From Spirochaetia bacterium (lineage in GTDB: Bacteria > Spirochaetota > Spirochaetia > SZUA-6 > Bin103), in NCBI GenBank assembly GCA_965203905.1, contig CBDBDQ010000005.1, positions 6,272,001 to 6,336,000 on the forward strand: a stretch of 64,000 bases of DNA. The letters are read 5' to 3'. The stretch's first letter is position 1, and every line of letters begins with the position of its first letter. Below are positions 50,007 through 60,018 of this stretch, in pieces. The notes below the pieces were generated by a model. That model was not told where the DNA came from, did not search any database, and saw nothing but the letters and a program-made list of their open reading frames with translations. The position numbers were made by a program, and so were the translations under genes.

Positions 50007-50258
50007 ATGGAGCTGGATCGGTCACAGATCCTTGCCGATCTCACACTGTTCGAACGATCCGTTAAGGCGGTAATCGACCAATTCGACGACCTTATCTCTA
50101 AGTACAACAACCAGTGGATAGCCGTGCATGACGGGATCGTGGTCAGCAGCAGCCCGAGCCACCAGAGAGTACTAGAGGACGTTGACCGAAAGGGGCTCAG
50201 GCGCTCGCAGGTCAACATTCAGTACCTGACCGATACCCCGCCGGTCATGGTACTATGA
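50007..50258 (+). CDS. DUF5678-like small protein
   Basis: LISKYNNQWIAVHDGIVV. Confidence 0.65.
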   Translation: MELDRSQILADLTLFERSVKAVIDQFDDLISKYNNQWIAVHDGIVVSSSPSHQRVLEDVDRKGLRRSQVNIQYLTDTPPVMVL

Positions 50259-50329
50259 TCAGCGGTTCTATCGATCCAACTGGAATCCCGATTCTCCCAG
50301 GCTTTATCAGATCCCGCGCCTAAGTCCCC

Positions 50330-50400
50330 GGTCCAGCCGCACAAACGCCGCAGCGTCCGATCAATCGCCAGCCGCTCGATCAGCGCTCGGCAGAAAAGCG
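50330..50400 (-). pseudogene. Short transposase fragment
   Basis: RALIERLAIDRTLRRLCGW resembles an N-terminal IS5/IS1182-like transposase segment. Confidence 0.45.
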
Positions 50401-50465
50401 AGTAGCGACCGGCATCGTGGCTGACGCGGTGCGCCGGATGTGCCAATGTGGCGCCGGGAAGCAGG

Positions 50466-51147
50466 ATGAGAGCAGCGATCATGCACGGGTTCAACCGCGA
50501 GTTGACCATCGAGGAGATCGACCTGGGCGGGCCGCGCGCGGGAGAGGTGCTGGTGAACCTCAAGGCCAGCGGGGTGTGTCACTCCGACTGGCACGCGCTC
50601 AAGGGGGACTGGGGCGATTTCCCGCTGCCCCTGGTGCTCGGCCACGAGGGAGCCGGCGTCGTGGAGGAGGTGGGCGCCAAAGTCACCGCGGTGAAGCCCG
50701 GCGACCACGTCATCCTGGCGGCGCTTCGGCGCCACCCACACCGTCAACGCCGCGCGCGACGACGCGCTCGATGCGATCCTCTCACTGACCGGCGGCGCCG
50801 GCGTGCACTACGCCTTCGAGGCGATCGGGGTCGCCTCGGAGCCGTACCTGAACAGCGTGCGCTGCACCCGCCGCCGCGGTGTCACCGTGTGGGTGGGGCA
50901 CGCGCCGCTGAACACGCCGGTGCAGCTCGACGCGCGCGACCTGTTCTTCGAGAAGACGGTGATCGGCTCCTTCTACGGTAGCGCCCGCACCCACGTCGAC
51001 TTCCTGCGTATCCTCTCCCTCTACCGCGAGGGCAGGCTGCTGCTCGACGACCTGGTCAGCAAGCGCCTGCCGCTGGAACAGGTCAACGGCGCCTTCGAAT
51101 CGCTGGCGCAGGGCGACGTGGCGCGCAGCGTGCTGGTGATGGAGTAG
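50466..51147 (+). pseudogene. Zn-dependent alcohol dehydrogenase with a large internal deletion and frameshifts
   Basis: GVCHSD, GHEGAG, GDHV, then a jump to FGATHTVNA and HYAFEAIG...RSVL in other frames. Confidence 0.8.
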
Positions 51148-51182
51148 CCGGCGGGTCCCGCGGCCGGCCCGCCGCCGGCTGG

Positions 51183-52142
51183 CTACGCGGCGCGGCGGGC
51201 CACGTCGATCAGCGCACGGATGTAGCCGATGGCGTAGGCGCGCCCGCGGTGGCCCCAGTCGGTATCGTCCATCATGCGCGGCACGTGGTCGGTGATCATG
51301 AAGCCGCCGAAGCCCACCTCCAGCAGCGCCTGCACCACGGCAAAGGTGTCGACGTTGCCCTCGTCGATGAAACACTCGTTGAAGCACGGCACCTGCCCCT
51401 GCACGTCGCGGAAATGCACGTACACGATGCGGCCGCGGCCGCCGAAGTGGCGCACCGCGTCGAGCACGCCGGACGGCCCCATCTCCGACCAGCAGCCCAT
51501 GCAGAAGTCGAGGCCGTGGTGTGGGCTGTCGAAGGTGTCGATGGCGCGCTTGAAGCCGGCAAAGTTGCGAAAGATGCGCGCCACGCCACCGAGCGCCGGC
51601 ACCGGCGGGTCATCGGGATGGACCGCCAGCGTGACCCCGGCCTCCTCCGCCACCGGCAGCACCCGGCTCATGTAGTAGTCATAGTTGTCCCACATCTCCT
51701 CTTCGCCGAAGACGCGGCCATGGGTGAGCGGCGCATCGGTGTGCTCGGCCAGGTCGAACCGGGTGCCGCCGGCACCGCCGCGCAGCGGTGCCAGCCCCGG
51801 GGTACGCCACACCGCATTGGGCATCCAGTGATACCCCAGGATCGGGATCCCGGCGCGCCCCATGTTGCGGATGGTGGCCTGCATGTGCGCGATCTGCTCG
51901 TCGCGCCCGGGCAGGCCGAGCATCGCCTTGTCGTAAAAGCTCACCGGCACGTTCTCCAGGCACATCAGGCGCAACTCCGCCGCATCGGCGCGCTGCCGCA
52001 GCGCCAGCAGGTCCTCGTACTCCCAGCGCTGCTCTCCGGGCAGGTTGGGCGTGTTCATCAGGAAGTCGTCGGCGCCGAGCTGCTTGATGAAGGCCAGCTT
52101 CTCGTCCGTGAGCTCGCTGAACTGGCCGAGCCCGATCCGCAT
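51183..52142 (-). CDS. uxuA: Mannonate dehydratase family protein
   Basis: YHWMP, VHPDDPP, VHFRDV, DHVP, AYAIGYI. Confidence 0.8.
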   Translation of the reverse strand: MRIGLGQFSELTDEKLAFIKQLGADDFLMNTPNLPGEQRWEYEDLLALRQRADAAELRLMCLENVPVSFYDKAMLGLPGRDEQIAHMQATIRNMGRAGIPILGYHWMPNAVWRTPGLAPLRGGAGGTRFDLAEHTDAPLTHGRVFGEEEMWDNYDYYMSRVLPVAEEAGVTLAVHPDDPPVPALGGVARIFRNFAGFKRAIDTFDSPHHGLDFCMGCWSEMGPSGVLDAVRHFGGRGRIVYVHFRDVQGQVPCFNECFIDEGNVDTFAVVQALLEVGFGGFMITDHVPRMMDDTDWGHRGRAYAIGYIRALIDVARRAA

Positions 52143-52502
52143 CTCATTCCGGTCCCGCACGGTGCACCTCCGGCGTCCAGCGTAGCGCAGAACCGCCGCG
52201 CGAGGAAGTTGCGCTGTGGACCGACCACGCACGACATTGACACGCTCTCCAAGTGTGCGCGATGCTCATCCTTTCCGGCTGGTGACTGTCAGGACATCTG
52301 TTGCCCAAGCTGGGAGGTGTAGAGTGATGGTCAAAGTGCCGCAGGCGCGCGGCGCAAGCCGGGGTGAACCCGGCGCAGTCGTCCGCCGCGCACTCGACGA
52401 AACCTGACTGCGACTGGCCGCCCGCGTTGCGGGCGCGAGAGACGCCAGGGAGCGGCAGGGTCCCTCCGCAAGACTCTCAAAACTCAACCTGAGGAGTTTC
52501 GT

Positions 52503-54290
52503 ATGCAGATTGTACGAATGAGCATGACCTGCGCGGTGGCGTTGGTCCTGGTGCTGACCGCGACCGGCCTCTGGGCCGCTGGTGAGGACGAGGCGCCGGC
52601 CGCGGCCGACGACAAGAGGTACGTGACCGACCCGGTCACCGGCAAGGTGTACACCGCGCACGAGTACGGCGGGTCGCTGACCTTCGTCAAGGGCAACGAT
52701 GGCGGCTGGATCGACGCCTACAAGGAAAACGCGGTGTCCATGTGGAGCCTGGTTTACGAGAAGCTGGGCAAGCTGGACTGGGCGCTGGACCGGGACGCGT
52801 ATCCGTTCACCGGCGGCTACATGACACCGCTCTACGCGCTGAGAGGGGCGCTGGCGGAGAGCTGGGAACAGCCCGACGACACCACCATCGTCATCAACGT
52901 CCGTCAGGGCGTTCACTGGCACGACAAGGCGCCGATGAACGGTCGCGAGCTCACGGCCGAGGATATCGAACATGCCTTTCAACGTTATCTGGGTCTGGGC
53001 CGGTTCAGTGGCAACGACCCGTCCCCGGGCGGAGGTGAGCTGGTATCCGTGCCGTGGGAATCGGTCGAGGCGACCGACAGATATACGGTCGTTTTCAAGC
53101 TGCAGGAGCCTAGACTCCGTGCCCTCAACCTCATCCTGGACTGGTACCAGATGCTGATCCAGCCCCCCGAGGTGGTCGACGAACATGGCGGCATTACCGA
53201 CTGGCGGCAGGGAGTCGGCACCGGGCCCTACGAGATGACCGACTGGGTTCTGGGCAGTTCCTTCGAATACACCAGGAACCCCAACTACTGGGCTTTCGAC
53301 GAGAAATGGCCGGAGAACCGCCTGCCCTACATCGAAAAGATACACGGCCTGGTCATCGTGGAGCATGCAACGCGCATCGCGGGGCTGCGCTCGGGCACCA
53401 TCGACTTCATCGGTCATCCGGGCTCCACGCAGATCTTCGATATCAACCAGTCCCTGAGTCTGCAACGGACCAACCCCGAAATCAATCAGTACCCGTGGTC
53501 ACAACGATCGGACAACTGTGCCGGCATCAACACCACCGTGGCGCCCTTCGATGACGTCCGAGTGCGCCGCGCGATGCAGATGGCCCTGGACCTCGACACC
53601 ATGAACGATTCCTACTACAAGGGGCTGGGAGGAACGATTCCTCGGGGATTCGTCGGCCGCAAGTTTCCGGCCTACATGACCCCGTACGAAGACTGGTCCG
53701 AAGAGCTGAAGGGATACTACAGCTACGATCCGACCGGAGCCGAGGCGCTCCTCGATGAGGCGGGGTATCCGCGCGGCGCCGACGGCATCAGGTTCAAGAC
53801 CGAGTACATGCACTTCGACCGATTTCCGGTCAGCTGGTCGGAGTTCATGGTTTCGTACTGGCGGCAGATTGGCGTCGAGATCGACATCCTGACCCCGACT
53901 CAGGCGGAACATACGGCCAGGCGTAACGCTGGCGATTGGGCACTGACGTCGGAAGCATGCGGCACCGACGCTGATCCAATGATCATTGCACCTGGTTTTC
54001 GCTCAACAGTTGCTCGCTCGGGAGTCCACGACGCTCAATACGACGCCTGGTTCGAAACCGCTGTGAACGCCTCGACCATCGAGGAACAGCAGAGGATCAT
54101 CAAGCAGATGGACATGCGGTACATCGAGCAGCACTGGATGATCTGGGGTCCCTGGGCGCCGCAGTACAACGTGGCCCAGCCCTGGATCATGGGTTACAAC
54201 GGCGAGGGCATCATAGGCGGAAATACCACCCATACGGTCTTCTCGCGCCTCTGGATCGACAGTGAAATGAAGGAGGCAATGGGTTACTAA
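52503..54290 (+). CDS. ABC substrate-binding protein (family 5)
   Basis: Signal peptide; YGGSL, LAESWE, GTGPY, RNPNYW, PFDDVRVRRAM. Confidence 0.9.
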   Translation: MQIVRMSMTCAVALVLVLTATGLWAAGEDEAPAAADDKRYVTDPVTGKVYTAHEYGGSLTFVKGNDGGWIDAYKENAVSMWSLVYEKLGKLDWALDRDAYPFTGGYMTPLYALRGALAESWEQPDDTTIVINVRQGVHWHDKAPMNGRELTAEDIEHAFQRYLGLGRFSGNDPSPGGGELVSVPWESVEATDRYTVVFKLQEPRLRALNLILDWYQMLIQPPEVVDEHGGITDWRQGVGTGPYEMTDWVLGSSFEYTRNPNYWAFDEKWPENRLPYIEKIHGLVIVEHATRIAGLRSGTIDFIGHPGSTQIFDINQSLSLQRTNPEINQYPWSQRSDNCAGINTTVAPFDDVRVRRAMQMALDLDTMNDSYYKGLGGTIPRGFVGRKFPAYMTPYEDWSEELKGYYSYDPTGAEALLDEAGYPRGADGIRFKTEYMHFDRFPVSWSEFMVSYWRQIGVEIDILTPTQAEHTARRNAGDWALTSEACGTDADPMIIAPGFRSTVARSGVHDAQYDAWFETAVNASTIEEQQRIIKQMDMRYIEQHWMIWGPWAPQYNVAQPWIMGYNGEGIIGGNTTHTVFSRLWIDSEMKEAMGY

Positions 54291-54308
54291 GAGGTTCGCT
54301 TTCGGAGC

Positions 54309-54339
54309 GGCCCCGCAAGACCTCCGGTTTTGCGGGGCC
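54309..54339 (+). terminator. Stem-loop between SBP and permease
   Basis: GGCCCCGCAA...TTGCGGGGCC. Confidence 0.5.
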
Positions 54340-54361
54340 CTCTAAGGGAAACCGGGACTAG

Positions 54362-55366
54362 ATGAGAACCTACATCATCAGGCGACTGTTACTGATGATT
54401 CCGACCCTCCTGCTGCTGACCATCCTGGTCTTTCTGCTGGTCCGTTTCATTCCCGGGGATGTCGTCGACGCGATCGAGGCACAACTGGAATCCTTTAGCC
54501 CCGGCACCGAGGTAGACCGTGAGGTCGTCATGCGGCTGATGGGTCTGGACGTCCCCGTCTACGTGCAGTACGGACGCTGGATAGGGGTGCTGCCGACGCC
54601 CGACCCGCTTACCGGCGAGTCCGAGTTCAGAGGCCTTCTCCAGGGCAGCCTTGGCCGATCCCTGTTCGGCCACTTTCCGATAGAGGCCGAAATACTGCGC
54701 AGGCTGCCGCTCACAATCGAGCTGGGCGTCATGGCCATCATCATTGGTCTGTTAATAGCGCTGCCGGTCGGCATCTACTCGGCGATCCGTCAGGACACGG
54801 CCGTCGACTACGCCGGGCGCACCGTCGCCGTCATCGGCCTGGCGACGCCGAACTTCTGGCTCGGCATCATGGTCATGATCTACCCGGCGATCTGGTGGGG
54901 CTGGTCACCGTCGATGAAGTTTATTCCGTTCCTCGAAGACCCGCTGGGAAATGTCGGGATGTTCATCATTCCCAGTGCGATTCTGGGGACGGCCCTGTCC
55001 GCGGGCACCATGCGGATGACCCGCACCATGATGCTGGAGGTGCTCAGGCAGGACTACATCAGGACGGCCTGGTCCAAGGGCCTCAGGGAGCGGGTGGTGG
55101 TGATCAGACACGCCGTCAAGAATGCCCTCATCCCCATTGTTACCGTGGTAGGCATGCAGTTGCCGCTGGTGGTGGGCGGCTCCGTTATCATAGAGAGCAT
55201 ATTCAACTTGCCGGGGCTCGGTCGTTTCCTGCTGGATGCCCTGAACAGCCGCAACTACCCGATAGTGTCCGGAGTGAACATGTTCTTCGCCGGCGTCGTC
55301 CTGTTGAACAATCTACTCATCGACCTGATCTATCCGTACCTGGACCCTAGAGTACGTTACCAATGA
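54362..55366 (+). CDS. ABC permease (DppB-like)
   Basis: DYIRTAWSKGL, FNLPGLG, DPRVRY. Confidence 0.9.
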   Translation: MRTYIIRRLLLMIPTLLLLTILVFLLVRFIPGDVVDAIEAQLESFSPGTEVDREVVMRLMGLDVPVYVQYGRWIGVLPTPDPLTGESEFRGLLQGSLGRSLFGHFPIEAEILRRLPLTIELGVMAIIIGLLIALPVGIYSAIRQDTAVDYAGRTVAVIGLATPNFWLGIMVMIYPAIWWGWSPSMKFIPFLEDPLGNVGMFIIPSAILGTALSAGTMRMTRTMMLEVLRQDYIRTAWSKGLRERVVVIRHAVKNALIPIVTVVGMQLPLVVGGSVIIESIFNLPGLGRFLLDALNSRNYPIVSGVNMFFAGVVLLNNLLIDLIYPYLDPRVRYQ

Positions 55367-55390
55367 GCGTGAGCGGAGAAGTCCCGGGAT

Positions 55391-56338
55391 ATGAGTGATA
55401 CGACGAGAACGGCGGTCGCCCGCAGTGAGCCCAAGAGACGGGGCGCCGTGGCCGACTTCTTTGTCAGATTGTGGAGAGAGAAGCCGCTGGGCACGGCCTG
55501 CGGGATCATCATTCTGCTGTTGATCGTGGTGGCTATCTTTGCCGATGTTCTGTCGCCCTATCCATACTGGGAGGTTCATCCGGCAGACATGCTGCTCGGC
55601 TCATCAACCCGCTATCTGCTTGGGACCGATCAGTTGGGACGCGACTTTCTGAGCCGTATCATGTACGGTGCTCGTCTTTCGTTGTTTGTCGGCCTGTCGG
55701 CGACCGCGATCAACGTGGTGGTCGCTGTCCTGATCGGGGGCACCTCGGGATTCGTCGGTGGCAAGCTGGACCTGGTGGTGCAGAGATTTGTCGATGCCTG
55801 GATGGCGTTCCCGGGACTGCTCATCCTGCTGTCGGTGATGTCCATAGCGGGCAAGGGTTTGCTGCAGATAATTCTGGTCCTGGGGATATCGGGTGGCATC
55901 GGCGGCTCCAGGATAACGCGCGGCGCCGTCATCGCGGTCAAGGAGAACCTCTATTTTCAGGCGGCCCACGCGGTTGGCGCCTCGCGGTGGACCGTTCTGA
56001 TCCGCCACGTGCTGCCCAACATTGCGGCTCCGGTAATCATCCTGTTCAGCATCAACATCGGTGGGGTGATCATTGCCGAATCTTCCTTGAGCTTCCTGGG
56101 ATTCGGCCTGCCCGCCCAGATTCCAAGCTGGGGAGGTATGCTCAGCCGGGAAGGGCGGGTGTTCATGGAGACCGCGCCGTGGCTGGCGCTCTGGCCCGGC
56201 CTGTTCCTCACGGTTACCGTCTACAGCCTGAACATGTTCGGCGACGCCGTGCGCGATCTGCTCGACCCGCGGCTGCGGGGTAGCGCAACCACGCTCCTGG
56301 GTGGCGGTGCTCGGCTCGGTGCGGACCGCGTCAAGTAG
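55391..56338 (+). CDS. ABC permease (DppC-like)
   Basis: LGTDQLGRD, HVLPN, PSWGGML, GDAVRDLLDPR. Confidence 0.9.
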   Translation: MSDTTRTAVARSEPKRRGAVADFFVRLWREKPLGTACGIIILLLIVVAIFADVLSPYPYWEVHPADMLLGSSTRYLLGTDQLGRDFLSRIMYGARLSLFVGLSATAINVVVAVLIGGTSGFVGGKLDLVVQRFVDAWMAFPGLLILLSVMSIAGKGLLQIILVLGISGGIGGSRITRGAVIAVKENLYFQAAHAVGASRWTVLIRHVLPNIAAPVIILFSINIGGVIIAESSLSFLGFGLPAQIPSWGGMLSREGRVFMETAPWLALWPGLFLTVTVYSLNMFGDAVRDLLDPRLRGSATTLLGGGARLGADRVK

Positions 56339-56917
56339 CCCGACAACGTGCCGCGTGCAGATCCCGGTAGTAGTAGATACCGGTTGCCTTCAGTGCCGCG
56401 GCCGCCCGGGAGCGCTGCTCGGCGATCGGCCATCGGCAGCGCGACGCGGGCGCCCGTGAGCTGCGCCGCGTAGGGTGCGAGCACCATACTCCAGAGCGGT
56501 TTACCAGCTCGCTCGCCAGGCCATCCCACCCCTGAACGACGTCTGCATCCCGTGTGGCGGAACCTGCCAGATCGCCGCCTTCACGTGCGTCGGTTCGTTC
56601 GCTGTACGAGGTGTCCAGGAATGATCGGGAAGCCGCCCACCCGCAACGCCGGGCTGGGTGGATGCGTTGCTGCCACGTTTGGCGCCGCGGTGCTGGATTC
56701 TGCGAAAGTGCCAAAAAAATTGCGCTAGGCACTTGACGGGTCTGGCGCTGCTCGTATCGGCCTCCTGCCGCACGTTCGGGCCCCTCCGACCCTGCGAACA
56801 TCCCGCCATGCGCCCCAGGCCCTTCAGCACCCACCAGCGCCGGCCTGCACCCTTCCCGGGGCCGGTCCCGGGACTCGCCGAAACCGTTCATTTCTCATCC
56901 ATGCTTATATTTACGCC

Positions 56918-58519
56918 ATGGATACCGCGACCGCTACCGGCTTCATCTCCTCGCTCTCCGGGCTCCCCGACCAGGTGCTGCTGGCGCATACCAGGTCCCT
57001 CGTCCTGCACGAGCAGGCGCTGCAGCTCGCCGTCCTCGACCACCTGCGCGAGATCCACGCCCGCCACCTCCACCTGCGCCTCGGGTTCTCCAGCCTGTTC
57101 GACTACGCGGTGCGCGAACTGGGCTACAGCGAAGGTGCCGCCTGGCGCCGTATCAAAGCCATGCGCCTGTGCTCCGATACCGCCGGGTCACGCGAGCGGC
57201 TGCAGGACGGCTCGCTCTCCCTGAGCGCGGCGGCGCAGTTGCAGAACACCTTCGATCTCCTGCAGCGCACGGCGACCGCCGCCGCGGACCCCGGCGCGGC
57301 ACCCACGGCACCGGAGCTGCTGCCGCTCGGCACGGGGACGGCGCGGGGGCCTGGGGCTTCGGGGGCCGGGGCAGCGGCGCCGGCGCGACCGGTGCCGGCG
57401 CTGAACGCGGCGCAGCGGCAGGAGCTGGTGGCGCAGGCGAGCGGCAAGAGCACCCGCGAGGTGAAGCAGTTGTTGGCCGGGGTGGCTCCCGAGCTGGCGC
57501 GGCCGGCCGATCGCATGCGGGCGCTGGGCGCGGGCCGCTGGGAGCTGAAGGTGGTGATCGACGCGGCGTGTCAGTGCGGGATCGAGCAGCTACGGGCACT
57601 GCTGTCACACGTGGACCCGCACCTGACGCTGGGGCAGCTGGTAGAGCGGCTGGTGCAGGACGGCCTGCAGCGCTACGACCCGGGACGACCGCCGCGCGGG
57701 CGCAGAGGCGGGCGCCGGGAGGCAAGTGCGGGCCAGGCGCCGGAGCCGAAGGCGCAGCAAGGGCCAGCGGGCGGGGCGGCTTCGCCGGCGAAGCGGGACG
57801 CGCAAGAGCAACCCGTAGTGCCGACGCCGCCGGAGGGCACGAGCGGCGGTGGCAGCACCCCGGCGCCGGCAGCGCTGTCCGCAGAGGAACCCGCGCGCGG
57901 GATTGGCGGCACCGGCACCCCGGCGGTGGCAGCGCTGCCCGCGTCGCCGTCGGGGCGCGAGACTTGCGGCGGCGGCACCCCGGTGCGTGCCAAGCCAGCG
58001 GCGGCGGCGCCCGGCTCCGCTGCTTCGGCGGCGAAGTCGGTGGCAGATCGTGGGTCCCACGCCACCGTAACGACGCCACGGCCGGCGCCGCCGCCAGACC
58101 AGAGCATGCCGACCGCGCTGGCAGCGGAGGATCGCGGTCGCAGGGCTTCTTCGCCAGCGAAGCGGGCGGGGGCGGCGATGCGGGCAGGAGCGGCGCAGCT
58201 CGATGGCCGTTCGCGGCCGCAGCCCGAGGCAGCCGGCACGTCCGGAGGCAGCGCGCAGCCGCCCCACCGGGCGCCCCGGTCCCGGTATATTCCGGCACCA
58301 GTGCGGCGCGAGGTGTGGCGCCGCGACGGCGGCTGCTGCAGTTACGTCGATCCGCACAGCGGGCGGCGCTGCGGCTCCCGCTTCCTGCTGGAGCTCGACC
58401 ACATCGTTCCCTTCGCGCTTGGCGGCAGCGCCGAACCGGCGAACTTGTCCTTGTCGTGTGCTGCCCACCACCGTCTCCGGCATCGGGAGTACGGATCGTC
58501 GCCAGACGGGGCCACGTGA
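56918..58519 (+). CDS. DUF222-like HNH endonuclease, copy 2 (intact)
   Basis: GFSSLFDYAVRELGYSEGAAWRRI; low-complexity linker; VWRRDGGCC...CGS...DHIVP..GG...NL...CAAHH. Confidence 0.85.
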   Translation: MDTATATGFISSLSGLPDQVLLAHTRSLVLHEQALQLAVLDHLREIHARHLHLRLGFSSLFDYAVRELGYSEGAAWRRIKAMRLCSDTAGSRERLQDGSLSLSAAAQLQNTFDLLQRTATAAADPGAAPTAPELLPLGTGTARGPGASGAGAAAPARPVPALNAAQRQELVAQASGKSTREVKQLLAGVAPELARPADRMRALGAGRWELKVVIDAACQCGIEQLRALLSHVDPHLTLGQLVERLVQDGLQRYDPGRPPRGRRGGRREASAGQAPEPKAQQGPAGGAASPAKRDAQEQPVVPTPPEGTSGGGSTPAPAALSAEEPARGIGGTGTPAVAALPASPSGRETCGGGTPVRAKPAAAAPGSAASAAKSVADRGSHATVTTPRPAPPPDQSMPTALAAEDRGRRASSPAKRAGAAMRAGAAQLDGRSRPQPEAAGTSGGSAQPPHRAPRSRYIPAPVRREVWRRDGGCCSYVDPHSGRRCGSRFLLELDHIVPFALGGSAEPANLSLSCAAHHRLRHREYGSSPDGAT

Positions 58520-58917
58520 TCGCCGCTCGCCCGGGGTGCGAGTTGGGCGGTTGGGCGTCGATCCAAGGGCAACGGAAGTAACGATAGCAGCCGGCTTGTC
58601 GCGCAGCGTGGGATAGTCCTGGCTCGCTCGCTGCGCCAGCTTGTCATGCTTCCGCGGGTCTGCTATCATCGTGGCGAGACCAGGGAGTCTCGCCGGGACC
58701 TCTCTCCTCTCGGAGAAGCTGCCCGGAAAACACCATGCTCAATTGAGAGCATGCTCGACGGAGATGCTGGGCCGATGGACAGTCCGCGGGTCGCTCGTTG
58801 AAGCGACCGCAGCAGGTACATTTCCGATCCACTGACTCGCGCTTCCCGGCAACCGGGAACGGCGACGAGTTCGAGCTCAGCAGGTCCGGCGAGCTCCCTG
58901 ACTCCCTGCTTCGGCTC

Positions 58918-59940
58918 TTAGTGCCACACCTTCTCCCAACGACCTGATTGCGCCGAGCGGTAGATGGCCAGCGCCGTCCGCAGCTCGCCGAGCGACGCTT
59001 CCGCCGGGGCGGCCGGTTGCCTGCCGTCCAGCACCACCGCTTCGAAATCCGCCATCTCGGGCGCGAAGGACGCGGCATAGCCGTGTTCTCCCGCGATCGG
59101 CCGTCCCTCGGGATGCTCCCGGTCCACCAGCGTCATGCCGCCGTCGAAGCCGCCGTGAATGACGATCTCGCCCTCCGTGCCGGTGAGCCGCCACCATGGC
59201 CCTGCCCACAGCGGCGCGTCGCTGGTGATTGCCTGGAAGCTTGCCACCACGCCGGAGCGGAACCGCAGCAGGGCATGGGCCAGTGACTCGCCCTGCATCA
59301 CCGACAGCAGCCGGGAGGTGGTCGCTACCACCTCCTCCACCTCGCCGAGCCACATCCGCAACGGGCGGATCCAGTGCGCGCCGCCGTCCACCACGACGCC
59401 GCCACCGGTACGGGACACCTCGTAGCGCCAGGAGTCGGACGGGTACCAGAACGGATCGTGCGACGCCTCGAACGAGGCCCGCGCCGTGACCGCCTCGCCG
59501 ATCGCCCCCTGCGCGAGCAGCTCGCGGGCACGCACCACGTCGGGCCAGTACTGGGAGTTCTCGGCCACCATGAAGACGGTGCCGGCGCGGCGCGCCGCCT
59601 CCTGGATGCGCGCGCAGGCGTCCAGCGTCAGTGCCATCGGCTTCTCCAGCAGCACGTGCTTGCCGGCCGCGAACGCCCGCGTGGCCAGTTCCTCGTGCAG
59701 GTCGTGTGGCACCATGATGTCGACGGCGTCGAAGTCGCCGGCGGCGAGCGCCGGCTCCAGGGAGGCGTAGGTACGCGCCCCGGTGCGGGCGGCGATCGCC
59801 GCCGCGGCGTCGGGGTCGGGGTCCACGGCCGCGGTCACCCGGGTGCGCGGTGCCGCCTGCTCGATGCCGTCGAGATGAAAGCCTGCGATGCGGCCGCAGC
59901 CGACGAAGGCCAGCCGCAGCTCGGGCGCGTCGTTTGCCAT
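58918..59940 (-). CDS. Gfo/Idh/MocA oxidoreductase
   Basis: GCGRIA, HVLLEKPMA, DGGAHWI. Confidence 0.9.
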   Translation of the reverse strand: MANDAPELRLAFVGCGRIAGFHLDGIEQAAPRTRVTAAVDPDPDAAAAIAARTGARTYASLEPALAAGDFDAVDIMVPHDLHEELATRAFAAGKHVLLEKPMALTLDACARIQEAARRAGTVFMVAENSQYWPDVVRARELLAQGAIGEAVTARASFEASHDPFWYPSDSWRYEVSRTGGGVVVDGGAHWIRPLRMWLGEVEEVVATTSRLLSVMQGESLAHALLRFRSGVVASFQAITSDAPLWAGPWWRLTGTEGEIVIHGGFDGGMTLVDREHPEGRPIAGEHGYAASFAPEMADFEAVVLDGRQPAAPAEASLGELRTALAIYRSAQSGRWEKVWH

Positions 59941-60018
59941 GGCGGCGATTCTACGCGCGGCGCCGCGGCAGTGTCAGCCGTGGAGGTGGTATGGTGTCCC
60001 CGTACGGGAGGTGCGGTG

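Noticed and set aside
52350-52470. Cobalamin-riboswitch-like segment AAGCCGGGGTGAACCCGGCGCAGTC upstream of the SBP
   Set aside because: Partial resemblance only; the GGGAA, ACTGT and B12-box elements are not evident. An Rfam/Infernal scan would decide.
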